A DNA stretch of 64,000 nucleotides from Octopus bimaculoides. Its lineage: Eukaryota. Shown piece after piece: positions 36,826 to 48,852 of this stretch. The position numbers and the translations under genes are program-made. The notes below the pieces were generated by a model. It made no database searches. It was not told where the DNA came from and saw only the letters and a list, made by a program, of their open reading frames with translations. How positions within the stretch are numbered: position 1 is the first letter of the stretch; each line of letters begins with the position of its first letter. The stretch spans positions 470,992 to 534,991 of the forward strand of contig NC_068990.1 in the NCBI RefSeq assembly GCF_001194135.2. Reading direction: 5' to 3'.

Positions 36826-37388
36826 CAGTTTGGTTTAAATTTGAAATCCTTTAAAGTGAGACCTGTTACATTCAGAATTTACTGTATTTATTTTATTAAC
36901 CGCAGAAGGATGCGAGTGTGTGCTGTTTCGACTCAGGTCAGCTCTGATTAAATCAGACCTATCTATAAACAAAGCACTCCATCCATGACAATTTCATTTT
37001 CAATCAATGATTCCAGTGCTACATAATTTAATGTGGCCTTGTATGTACTTTAATTTGGTGTTGTTTGATAGGAATTAGGTTACATACTATTCATAGTGAT
37101 CGTGTATTGGTGAATGAAAGGCTCAAGTGAACATCCCAGTGGAACATGAAGGCATGTAACCAAATACCTTAGGAGATTTCAACTTCACATTCCTGGCACC
37201 TTGCAATCTTGTTAATTAATAGAAACAGTGAGGGGGGGGGGGCTCATATAAGCAATGAAAGTGAATTTAAAAACTTAGATCGAGTAAGATTATTCATGCA
37301 ATCAGTAGACAAGAATCTCTGTCTGGTGAGGATGGAAAGGGGACAGAGTAGTTCAAAAGCCTAAAAGCAATAAGTAAAGGATATAATT

Positions 37389-38044
37389 TCAATAAAAATC
37401 AACCTTGTTTAAGTTAGTGAATGCTGCCATAACCCTTGCCTTCAGTTCATTTTTGGTGTTACAAGGAGTTTTGTTGGTCTCTCGCTCAACTGCACTCAAC
37501 ACATAATAATTAAGGGCATTGCAGTGTGGGGAGTTAGGTGACCAGATGTCAGGGGTGGTGTGGTCTAGGAAATTGTCTGGCAGCCAACATTGGGTCCTCC
37601 TGCTTGTGTGGCATGGTGCAGAGTCCTGTTGCCAGACATAGAGTCTTCCAACAGCCACCCTCTAGACCCAGGGCAGCAGTACCTCCTCCAGGCACTTGAT
37701 GTAGGCCTCCGTGTTGAGTCTGAGACCGTATGGGAAGATGAATGGAGGCATAACGTCGCCATTACTAGTGATCACTCCAAACACCATGATGTTGACTGGA
37801 TGTTTGATTTTTATCACCCTCAGTACATGTCCTCAGATTGACACCCAAGCACTCTGAAATGTTTGTATTGGCACTTCCAGCACGAATGCCAAGCAGTACA
37901 GCATGTCGTTTCCAAATTTCTGGCGGACTGACTTGCATCATGGTGCTGTTTTACTCACAGATGGTGCCCAACTAAGCCTACAATACTAATTGAATGTGCA
38001 AAATTAAAAATATAAAACGGCGACAATTTACCCATCGCACCCTG
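37389..38044 (-). mobile_element. maT (DD37D-type) Tc1/mariner transposon, internally deleted and 3'-truncated
   Basis: Terminus CAGGGTGCGATGGGTAAATTGTCGCCG ends at 38044 next to TA. The N-terminus MMQVSPPEIWKRHAVLLGIRAGS...VNLRT is joined directly to catalytic-domain sequence ...VWQQDSAPCHTSRRTQCWL...IWSPNSPHCNALNYY. There are 37 residues between the second D and the (mutated) third acidic position. Confidence 0.88.
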
Positions 38045-38052
38045 TATGTTTT

Positions 38053-38136
<84 letters not shown>

Positions 38137-39901
38137 GTGTGTGTGTAGGAAATGTAGTTATACTGGTTCTGAATTAGACCAAAGGAGAAAATACTTAGTG
38201 GATAGTGGAGCATTCTGCAAAGTAAGTACAAATACAGGAAGGTCTCATTGCATGTGATAAAGTAAGTAGAAAAAAGTCTTCTTTCAACTAAGATCATCTG
38301 AGCAATTGGTAAACAAAGACTTCCTCTCAGTGGGATTTAAACAAAGGAGAATTGAAATTTTTGGAAAATATAAGAAATGCAATATAGGAATGGATCTAGT
38401 GAGATCTTTGATGCCCATTTTTCAGCGCTAGCATTAGTAAAACAAGAATTAATATTGCCCCTGGATAACCCAAGCTTTGCAGGTGTATTTGGTAGACTGA
38501 AACTGAAAGAAGTGCATTGCGTGTATGCATGTACCCATGTCTTGACATTACATGGTGGTTGTAGAAGAGCAAGCAGCACTGTCACATAAGTGATGTTCAA
38601 TTCTAGTCTTGCATGGAAATGGTACCTAGAAGAGCATCCAGCTATGGAAAATATACCTAAACAAATTCTGTCTGACCCATATAAGCATGGAAAAGTAAAA
38701 TTAAATGATGATAATTGTTATATTTATTCTGTATGTATATATATATATATATAAATAATATATAAATATATGCATATATATACACACATATATGTACATA
38801 CTTACATATATGTATATATACATGCATATATGGGTACAGGACATAAAAAAAAACTTAGACAAAATGAGAAACAAGAACATAAAAAACAAAAACATAGAAA
38901 ACAAACTATTTTTTCAAACAACGAAAGAAACAAACAGAAATGAGACAGGCAACATAACGAACATTCCCTTCATCAGTTGTCCACTCCACACACACACTCG
39001 TCCTGGGTAAGATTAAATTGCAGAAGTAGTGAGGCCCTGACTCAGGAGTTGCAGGGTATTGAGGTGGGTGGAGCTATCTCTTAGCCACAATTATTCCTGG
39101 GTCTGATCTGGCCTGGAATAGTAGCACTTGTCAGTTATGGGTTAATTAGCACGTTAAGGAAGAAGCTCCAAGCTCAAACCTTCATTGCATTGAGAGTGCG
39201 ATGAGAAAGGAAAAACCTAAGCGAGTCAACCTCGATAGTAAATCAAGCAAAGGAGTCCTTTGAGTGGTCCTGTGCCCGTTCTGATACCGTTCTACCAACT
39301 CCAGGGTAGATGGAGCTCTCCAACCCTGTAAGGTAATTCACCTAGAAGGCCACTCCAATAAACAGATTGCTTGTCACTGCAGCCATTGAGCCACTGTGAT
39401 CAATCCAGCCTCCAAATCTAAAGAGCAGAACTAGATTCCAGAGACTGATTCTCACTTTAAAACTAAGGACAGGGAAGAAAACAAAAACTCTGCAGAGTGT
39501 GAGGGATCAGTTTACATAGGCCACTTAAGGGTGCGTCACTCTTCTGCATGATCTACAGACACAAGACACCGCCATCATAAACACATACAGAAAGACAAAG
39601 AGAAAGTGAGAGAGAAGGGAAACTGTAGTGAAGCTGATTAAAAATATGGTTGGGGAAAATACCTCAAGGGAGCATTCTGCATACTAAATATAAATACAGT
39701 GAAGTCCTATTGTATAAGTGTTTAGTATTTCAATTAAATTTTGTAATTGACATAAGAGTACACTAGAGCCTCATCACCATATTTCATGACTGTAAGCAAT
39801 TCTATGTTTATGCATACACGTGTATGAATGAGTACTTATGTATATGTATAAGAGCAGTATGTGTGTGTATGTATATATGCACACACACACACACACACAT
39901 A

Positions 39902-40101
39902 CAAGGGGGTGGTAAAAAGTTCCTGCCTTTGAGTAAAAGAAAATACAGGAGGATCAGCTATCATTTTATTCAAGATATTCCCCTTTCAGATTCACATACT
40001 TATTGCAGTGGTCCTTCAGTTTTTCTAAACCCTGTAAAAGAACACAGAAACCAGGCCTTTTGTGATACCCTTAAAGCCAGGAATTTTTCAACAAACCCTC
40101 A
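39902..40101. mobile_element. Mariner-derived MITE with TA flanks
   Basis: Imperfect TIRs CAAGGGGGTGGTAAAAAGTTCCTGCCTTTGAG / CTTAAAGCCAGGAATTTTTCAACAAACCCTCA, each next to TA. Confidence 0.7.
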
Positions 40102-40128
40102 TATATATNNNNNNNNNNNNNNNNNNNN

Positions 40129-40180
<52 letters not shown>

Positions 40181-40184
40181 CACA

Positions 40185-40406
40185 CAAGGAGGTGCAAAAG
40201 TAGGTGTACTGTACGTATCACATCAATGTTATAATACTTAATTCATTAAAATCATTAGCACATTAAATTAATTAGCCACATTTTTGATATTTTCAGTGTC
40301 ATTAATCATAACACTTTTATTGTAACTTTTAACTTTTTTGATGAAAATGAGGATTATATGTGCTTTCTTTTTCCCATAATTGTATACCTACTTTTGCACC
40401 ACCCTG
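40185..40406. mobile_element. Tc1/mariner-type MITE
   Basis: TIRs CAAGGAGGTGCAAAAGTAGGTGTAC / GTATACCTACTTTTGCACCACCCTG followed by TA. Confidence 0.75.
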
Positions 40407-40476
40407 TATATCAGCATATACGTATATCAGTACATGTATATATGTACATACATATATATATACACATATATTATGT

Positions 40477-40845
40477 GGTACCCCATCGGTTACAATGATG
40501 AGGCTTCCAGTTGATCCAATCAATGGAACAGCCTGCTTGTGAAATTAACGTGTAAGTGGCTGAGTACTCCACAGATACGTGTACCCTTAACATAGTTCTT
40601 GGGGTGACACAGTGTGTGACAAAGCTGGCCCTTTGAAATACAGGTACAACAGAAACAGGAAGAAGGAGTGGGGGAAAGTTGTGGTGGAAGAGTACAGTAG
40701 GATTTGCCACCATTCCCTGCCGAGGCCTCATGGAGCTTTAGGTATTTTCTCTCAATAAACACTCACAACACCTGGTCTGGGAATTGAAACTGCGATCCCA
40801 AGACCGCGAGTCCACTGCCCTAATCACCGGGGCGTTGCGCCTCCA
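40477..40845 (-). mobile_element. tRNA-derived SINE type 3; other copies at ~10822-11123(-), 24745-25030(-), 41320-41697(-)
   Basis: Shared body (GGAACAGCCTGCTTGTGAAATTAAC..., GACTGGAGCAAC..GAAAT.AAGTG) and tRNA-like head ending ..CTAACCACT.AGCCAC on +. Confidence 0.75.
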
Positions 40846-42483
40846 CACACGTATATATGTACATGCATATAGACATATATATATAAGTATATATGTACTT
40901 GTGTGTGTGTGTGTGTGTGTGTCTGTGTGTGTGTGTGTGTGAATGCATGAGTATATAATATATACATAACTATAAGAGTTCAGACATATCATTTATAAAC
41001 AGAGCTGCTGGTTTCATACAGACACCCAGGGTCTACTCCCCCAGTGTCACTAGCCTTAGTTGCTAATGACAGCCATATGAGGAAAGGTAGTACCTATTTG
41101 AACCACCAGTTTGGGCAGGACAGGTGCTACCCTTCAGTTTTGTACTTATTTCATATAAAATAATGCAGTCAAGAGGAAAACCAAAAGCCAATAATTGATC
41201 ATATGCTTGGACTAGTACCGAACTGGATATTTAGTATCACATGATCAACCAGACTATTGAATGCTGTTATGCATTGTTAGTTACAATGCACTTTGCATCT
41301 GTTTAGCTTTCGAAAGATGCCACCCCACTGGTTAGGCAAGCAAGCCAGCCAATATTCCTCCTGATCGGAAGGCTATTCCTTCACAGGGTTACCCATTTAC
41401 AACTGAGCAGACTGGAGCAACAGGAAATGATGTCCAGTATGCATTTTTGCACCAAAAGCACATTTTAGAGTTTCTCTCGTGGTATTTACCACAGTAAACT
41501 TTGTTCTAACAGAACATCCACGTTTAAGTAGGAATAAATATAACCTAATATTAATTCTTGGTATTAATGCTGCCTCTGTTACTAATATATATGAAATGAA
41601 GTGTTTTACTCAAGAACACAATATGCAGCCAGTCTGGGAACTGAGATTCACTATTTCACAATCACAAGAGCAACACACTGAACCACATATCATTGGTTAA
41701 TTTTATATATGTAATATAATATTGATTGATTAATTTTATAGTGATATTTAAACAAAATTTTAATAATCTTATATTTCATATTTTACCTGCAGATGAATGA
41801 GCATTTCCTTACTCATGGGAATTACCTTTTCCTACTCTGGTTGTCTTCCAAGAGTATTTCAATACTCAGATGCAACCCATTCATTGCGTTTTCAGACTCT
41901 CTTCAGGGTGGATAAAAATTAGTGAGCCCTGTGTTCTCTTCTGACCTGATTTACTGTCAGGATGAGCTTCTGCTGTTTCACAGGCAACCACTGGTAGGGC
42001 GGGTTTATGCTCAGAGTTATCTTTTCCTACTTGGGTTGCCTTCCAAGACTGCTGAGCCCAGATTGACCAGATGTACCACTGATGTGGCTGTGGACAAAAA
42101 AGTGCCCTTTCTTAGAGAGATGCCTTAACAAAAGCTAAACTCTGCTTCATTCTCAGTGGTCTTACTGCACACAGGATACTAATCCAGAATTTCTACGTCC
42201 CTGTTATATTGCAACATAGCTACTGACCTTGTGTTGGGGTCATCTGTCATTTTGACATCATTTTAGCTTTCATTAGTTATTTTGACAAGTATTGTTTTTG
42301 TCCTGCTGGGATTCTGCTGGGATTCTCTTTATAAGGCAGTAAGTTGTGCCAGACTACATGTTATCAGCAACACTCATGAACAACCCAACATAATTTTACT
42401 TGTGCTTACCTGTAATTTGAGTATTTTTCAGGAAAAAATTCTTTAATGGATTTCTTATCTAAGAAGCTTTATTATCAAGTATG

Positions 42484-42583
42484 TGTAACACCACATGTAA
42501 CACCACATGTAACACCACATGTAACACCACATGTAACACCACATGTAACACCACATGTAACACCACATGTAACACCACATGTA
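42484..42583. repeat. 12-bp minisatellite (TGTAACACCACA) x8 plus a partial unit
   Basis: Eight identical units counted directly. Confidence 0.97.
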
Positions 42584-43359
42584 CCCATCTCTTCAGCAAG
42601 ACACTTGCTCCTTGTCCTTGTATCATACTTTCTTATATCCCTCAATACTGTACCCTACTCTGTCAAGGGATCTTGTCTTGCAGGTACCTTAGTGATGCTA
42701 CCAGTGCTAGTGCCATGAAAAAAAAGGTACCAGTACACTCCGTGAAGTGGTTGATATTAGGAAGTGTGTCAAATGGTAGAAACTATGCCAAAGTAGACAC
42801 CGGAGCTCAGTGCAGTTCTCTGATTCTTCAGTTCCTGTCAAACCATCCAACCCATGCCAGCATGGAAAAAGGGATGTTAAATAATGATGATAATGATAAG
42901 ATATAGTTGTTTCATGAAACCACTCTAAATTTATGACATTAGACTTGAATGAAAATATATCGGAAGTATATTTTAATTAGAAACTTAGTTAATAAAGAGA
43001 AGTAGTAAGATTTCATGATTCAAATACATGGAACTATAAAATGACCAAATAATAAGAATTATAGATATTAAACACTGAGTAGGGAGAAGGTATTTTTATT
43101 GGGGAAAATGGAGGAGGGGGATTTTTCAAGAAAATGAATGGACTGCCAACATTGAGCTTCATTTTATAAGCCATCAGATATGGTGGGTAATTTTCTATAA
43201 GCTTGCGAAACAATTCTACTAAAGTGAAAATAATAATTTGAATCTGTAGGTGGATAAAAGATACTCTCTTCCCAAAAAAGTAGAAGAATGAGTGAAAAGA
43301 GAGGGGAGAGAGACAGAGAAGTGCAAAACATAACTAGAGAGAAAGACAAAGGAGAGAGA

Positions 43360-43407
<48 letters not shown>

Positions 43408-43459
43408 CAGATGATAGACTGTATCTCATGATCAAATGAAAAGAGCAGATGACACACAA

Positions 43460-43609
43460 CCAAATGGAAAACGACTTCATGCCACATGACCAAATGGAAA
43501 ACGACTTCATGCCACATGACCAAATGGAAAACGACTTCATGCCACATGACCAAATGGAAAACGACTTCATGCCACACAACCAAATGGAAAACGACTTCAT
43601 GCCACATGA
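43460..43609. repeat. 30-bp minisatellite (CCAAATGGAAAACGACTTCATGCCACATGA) x5
   Basis: Four identical units and one ending CACAA. No spacers. Confidence 0.97.
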
Positions 43610-44108
43610 CCAATAGTCCAGAGAGAGAAAGAGATGGGGCGAAAAAAAAAAAGAAGAATGTTATATTGTTTCTGCATCTATGTTACATCCTCATCCAGAT
43701 GTTAGTACAAATGAAGAAGAGAGTTACATTATGAATCACTTTGACATAATCTGACTGGTCGCTCTTCAGATGAAACTGATTAACTTTGCAGCAGACCTTG
43801 AACCTTACATAAACACATATGTACTCACATCATACACACACACACACACTGTATACACACATGCACATAAATATATATATACATACATATATATATACAT
43901 ACATATATATATATACATACATTCACATACATATATATGCATATTCACATACACAAATATGTACACACATACATGCTCACTCACACATATATGCATACAA
44001 TTGCACATATATACACAATAACACAGATAATGACAAATGCACAATATAGAAAAAAAAAACTTAAACTCTTGGAAAAGAAAGAGAAAATTGTTGATCCATC
44101 CTTAGACA

Positions 44109-44169
<61 letters not shown>

Positions 44170-45141
44170 ACTACTATTACAGTTAGGGAACAAAAATTCT
44201 TGTATGTGAGAGAGAGAGGGAGGGAGGGGGAAGAGAGACTGAAAGATGGGGTGAGGAGAGAAAGTGTATATTTGTTAATCAGAGAGGGAGGGGGATGGAG
44301 AGAGGGAGGGGAGGNNNNNNNNNNNNNNNNNNNNNNNNNNNNNNNNNNNNNNNNNNNNNNNNNNNNNNNNNNNNNNNNNNNNNNNNNNNNNNNNNNNNNN
44401 NNNNNNNNNNNNNNNNNNNNNNNNNNNNNNNNNNNNNNNNNNNNNNNNNNNNNNNNNNNNNNNNNNNNNNNNNNNNNNNNNNNNNNNNNNNNNNNNNNNN
44501 NNNNNNNNNNNNNNNNNNNNNNNNNNNNNNNNNNNNNNNNNNNNNNNNNNNNNNNNNNNNNNNNNNNNNNNNNNNNNNNNNNNNNNNNNNNNNNNNNNNN
44601 NNNNNNNNNNNNNNNNNNNNNNNNNNNNNNNNNNNNNNNNNNNNNNNNNNNNNNNNNNNNNNNNNNNNNNNNNNNNNNNNNNNNNNNNNNNNNNNNNNNN
44701 NNNNNNNNNNNNNNNNNNNNNNNNNNNNNNNNNNNNNNNNNNNNNNNNNNNNNNNNNNNNNNNNNNNNNNNNNNNNNNNNNNNNNNNNNNNNNNNNNNNN
44801 NNNNNNNNNNNNNNNNNNNNNNNNNNNNNNNNNNNNNNNNNNNNNNNNNNNNNNNNNNNNNNNNNNNNNNNNNNNNNNNNNNNNNNNNNNNNNNNNNNNN
44901 NNNNNNNNNNNNNNNNNNNNNNNNNNNNNNNNNNNNNNNNNNNNNNNNNNNNNNNNNNNNNNNNNNNNNNNNNNNNNNNNNNNNNNNNNNNNNNNNNNNN
45001 NNNNNNNNNNNNNNNNNNNNNNNNNNNNNNNNNNNNNCTAGAAATAACAAAAGGCAAGATTTAAGTGTCTTCTACTAGAGCCTTGGGTAAACCAAAGCCT
45101 TCTGAGTGGATTTGGTAGATGGAAACTGAAAAAAGCCCATC

Positions 45142-45191
<50 letters not shown>

Positions 45192-45784
45192 GTATTTGTC
45201 CCCCCCCACACACACACATCACTTGACAACCAATGTTGGCATGTTTACATCCTCAATTTAGCAGTTCAGCAAAAGAGACCGATAGAATAAGTACAAAGAA
45301 CAGTCCTGGGGTTGATTTGTTTAACTAAAGGCAGTGCTCGAGCATGGCCGCAGTCAAATGACTGAAACAAGTAAAAGAATAAAATATATACATATATATA
45401 TGTTATAATTAAGGTTTAGATTTAAATTTAAACTGTGTTTTGGGCATGTCCCTAGCAGTATGCTGGGGATACAACGGAACTCCTTGTACAGCTTCCCATG
45501 AGAGAACAATGCAGGATGTATCAAAACAACCATCATGATAAATGAAGTTTCCAGTATATTCTATTTCCTGTATCAATTGTTTCTTATATATATATACATA
45601 CATATATATATACATACATACATACATATATATANNNNNNNNNNNNNNNNNNNNNNNNNNNNNNNNNNNNNNNNNNNNNNNNNNNNNNNNNNNNNNNNNN
45701 NNNNNNNNNNNNNNNNNNNNNNNNNNNNNNNNNNAGAAAGGACAACAAAAGAAAGAGACCTTGATATTATGTAAATAGAGGAAT

Positions 45785-46063
45785 CTATCTGTAAAAATAT
45801 TTGACACTTATTCTGTAGCCATGATAAAACACCGAGTTTTGGATGGTTTCAGATGAAACTTCCAGGGATGTTTGACCTCGTGATTGGCATGAACTGATTA
45901 GATTTTGGGATCGATCCAGCACTGGACTAGGGTTCTGGATTATTTGATATATTTACTTTACATGAAATATTATGAGATATTCTCATTTTAAAAACCATCT
46001 CTGGCTAATCATTGAGAGGATGTTGGTGTTGCCTTGGCAGAGGTTTGCTCTCTGAGTGCTCTT
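45785..46063 (+). mobile_element. Non-autonomous Helentron/DINE-1-like (HINE) element, 5' end missing
   Basis: The 3' end GCCTTGGCAGAGGTTTGCTCTCTGAGTGCT and the internal ...ATGAAACTT...TGATTAGATTTTGGGATCGATCC... match my recollection of this widespread element type. Confidence 0.6.
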
Positions 46064-47926
46064 GTTTATTCCATTTTTGTGTTGTACTTCCTGCAAATCT
46101 TTACTTCAAAACTTTCCATATCATCTGAAAGATTTTTCTGGGGAGGGGAATTTAAATTTACTCTTAGTTTTAAATTCTATTGAGACCATTTGATGTAAGT
46201 GCTGAAAAACAGACTGAACCAAAGAGTGGCTGACTTTGCTCTTTGAGTGCATGTTTTGCAATTTAGGAACATTAGCAAAGACTTTGGTTTTACATGCACC
46301 CCCAACCCCTTACAAAACATTGCATTGCAGAATTCTTGCTGTAATGTTGAATTCCAAGACCTATCTTTCATTAACTTTCATGTTAAATGGAGTTCAGTGG
46401 GAAACACAATTCATGGAATGGAATCTCGTGTTAAGGTAAAATTTTCTGGAATGCAGTGTTTCCATTGCATGATGGCTGTCTGCACTGCATTGCATCTATT
46501 TCATTTTCCAGATCCCTTGCATAAATGATTGTTTTTGTACAGTACTTTGAAGAACACCATTCATGAATTTTTTCCCATGTTTGATGATAATATTTTGTTG
46601 ATATTGTATTGAGTAAATTATTTTGCCAACTTAATAATTTCCTTTGAATATTATTGATGTTACTACATCTTTTTGGCTAGCTGTTAGAATCTTGCTATAA
46701 AACCCAAATATAATAACATCATTGATATTTCAGTCATTTTGTACAGCAAAGGCATTTTCTAATGCTCTGAAAGATTCTCTTTCTCTCTTGCTCTGTTTTA
46801 AGAGTATCAACATAATAGCTTCTAATTATAATTATCAGATATTGTTATTCTTTCAAACTGTTTCATTAATTTATGTAGGAGAAACTGGAATATTATTGTT
46901 CTGCAGAGAGACTTATTCTTTCACTACTTTGAATCATTGGCATGTTGGTACAGCACTGACTTCACCAGTTTAAGTCTTGATCTGAAGACTTTTTACTTTA
47001 GAGAACCTTTGAAACCTATTTTGTCTTGTGAATCTCAACATAAATATATATGTGTATATCAGCATCATCACCATTTAACATCTGCTTTCCATGCTGGCAT
47101 GGGTTGGATGGTTTGCGGGGAGCTGGCCAGCTGAAGAGCTGCCCCAGATCCATATGTTTTGACATGGTTTCTATGTCTGGATGCACTTCTTTAAACCTAC
47201 CAGTTTACAGGGTGTACTGGATGCTTTTATGCAGCAGCAGCATGGATGCTTTGCGCTCACAAGCACATGAGATTAGGATTGCTCAAGTAAATCATAAAAC
47301 TAGCTTTGAAAGATTTATCAGTGCTAAATCCATCTGAAACCATAAAAATTTAAATGTCAACTGAAGTGAGATTTTGCTTTGAGCAAATACCCCTACAATT
47401 CCCTATAAAGGGGTAATTTTTTTCCACAAAGTCCCCTCTTGCCTTAGAAGTTTCTGTCTACCAAGTCCTCTCACAAGACATTGGTTGCTCTTGACTATAA
47501 TAACCAACATTTCTCCAAGGTACTATGCATGGGACCAAACTGGAAAACCACATAGTTGCAAACTAGACTTCTGAAACACATTGCCATATATATGTAAGTG
47601 CTGTCGTGGATGTGTGTTAAGAAGCTTGCTGCCCAACCACATGGTTCTAGGTTTAGTCCCACTGCATGGTATCTTGGGCAAGTGTCTTCTACTATAGCTT
47701 CATGAGTGGATTTGGTAGACAGAAAGTGAAGCCCATTGTGTGTGTGTGTCTTTCCTTTCCCGAGCGTCTAATAACACTATCCGTATCACGTCCTCACTTT
47801 GTTGTTTTTTTGTTATTGTTTTTTGTCTTTTTTTGAACTTATATATATATATATNNNNNNNNNNNNNNNNNNNNNNNNNNNNNNNNNNNNNNNNNNNNNN
47901 NNNNNNNNNNNNNNNNTATATATATA

Positions 47927-48405
47927 GTAAAAGGCAGACTGTATGACGCATGTCTCCGAACAACCATGCTACATGGCAGTGAAACATGGGCCGTGACTGC
48001 TGAGGTCATGCGTAAGCTCGCAAGGAATGAAGCCAGTATGCTATGATGGATATGCATTGTCAGTGTGCATACTCGACAGAGTGTAAGTACCTTGAGAGAA
48101 AAGTTGGACATGAGAAGCATCAGGTGTGGTGTGCAAGAGAGACGACTGCACTGGTATGGTCATGAGTTGCATATGGATGAGGACAGCTGTGTGGAAGAGT
48201 TACACCCTAGCAGAAGAGGGAACCTGTGGAAGAGGTAGACCCAGGAAGACCTGGGATGAGGTGGTGAAGCATGACCTTCAAACGGGCCTCACCAAGGCGA
48301 TGACAAGTGACCGAGACCTTTGGAAATATGCTGTGCATGAGAAGACCTAGCAAGCCAAGTGAGACCATAACCGTGGCCTATGCCAGTGCAACATAACCAG
48401 CCCAT
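47927..48405 (+). mobile_element. RTE-clade LINE fragment (RT C-terminus)
   Basis: Reads VKGRLYDACLRTTMLHGSETWAVTAEVMRKLARNEASM...RRLHWYGH...EEGTCGRGRPRKTWDEVVKHDL. It is nearly the reverse complement of 12770-13230. Confidence 0.88.
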
Positions 48406-48409
48406 TTGC

Positions 48410-48852
48410 GCATGTGCATTGTTTGTTTTTGATTTTGTCAACTACATAGTATCTCACTGTCTGTGAGAAAAACAATACCTTGATGCAATTCACTCTGCCA
48501 GAAATTTGGCAACAACATTATTGTACTGCTTGGCATTCATGCTAGAAGCTCCAATATAAACATTTCAGAGTGCTCGGGTGTCAATCTGAGGACAGTGCAG
48601 AGGATTCAGAAAGAGTTGGTTGAGCCTAATGGTGATTATGAAGGTATGGCAGCTCAGAAAACTCTTCTGATACGAAAAAAAACCACTGAATTTGTTGGTG
48701 AGATCCAACAAATTATATGTGATGTAATGGTGTTACAAAATTTGACTTGTGCATTATGTCCTTAATATTGTATCAAACTTTCATGCATTTATTAGTAAAG
48801 TTAAGGAAGTTGTTAAAATTTGAAAGCCATCAGTAACTTTTGGGACACCCTG
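48410..48852 (+). mobile_element. Second, degenerate maT-family fragment ending in a CAGGGTG-type Tc1/mariner terminus
   Basis: 48460-48595 aligns by eye to the reverse complement of 37830-37960 (e.g. catttcagagtgctcgggtgtcaatctgaggaca). The fragment ends ...acaccctg|TA. Confidence 0.72.

Noticed and set aside
43460-43609. 30-bp repeat as a CRISPR array or a repeat protein (VMWHEVVFHL / TKWKTTSCHM units)
   Set aside because: Units are directly adjacent with no spacers, there are no cas genes and the context is eukaryotic. Open frames are expected for a stop-free 30-mer, and there are no splice or start signals.
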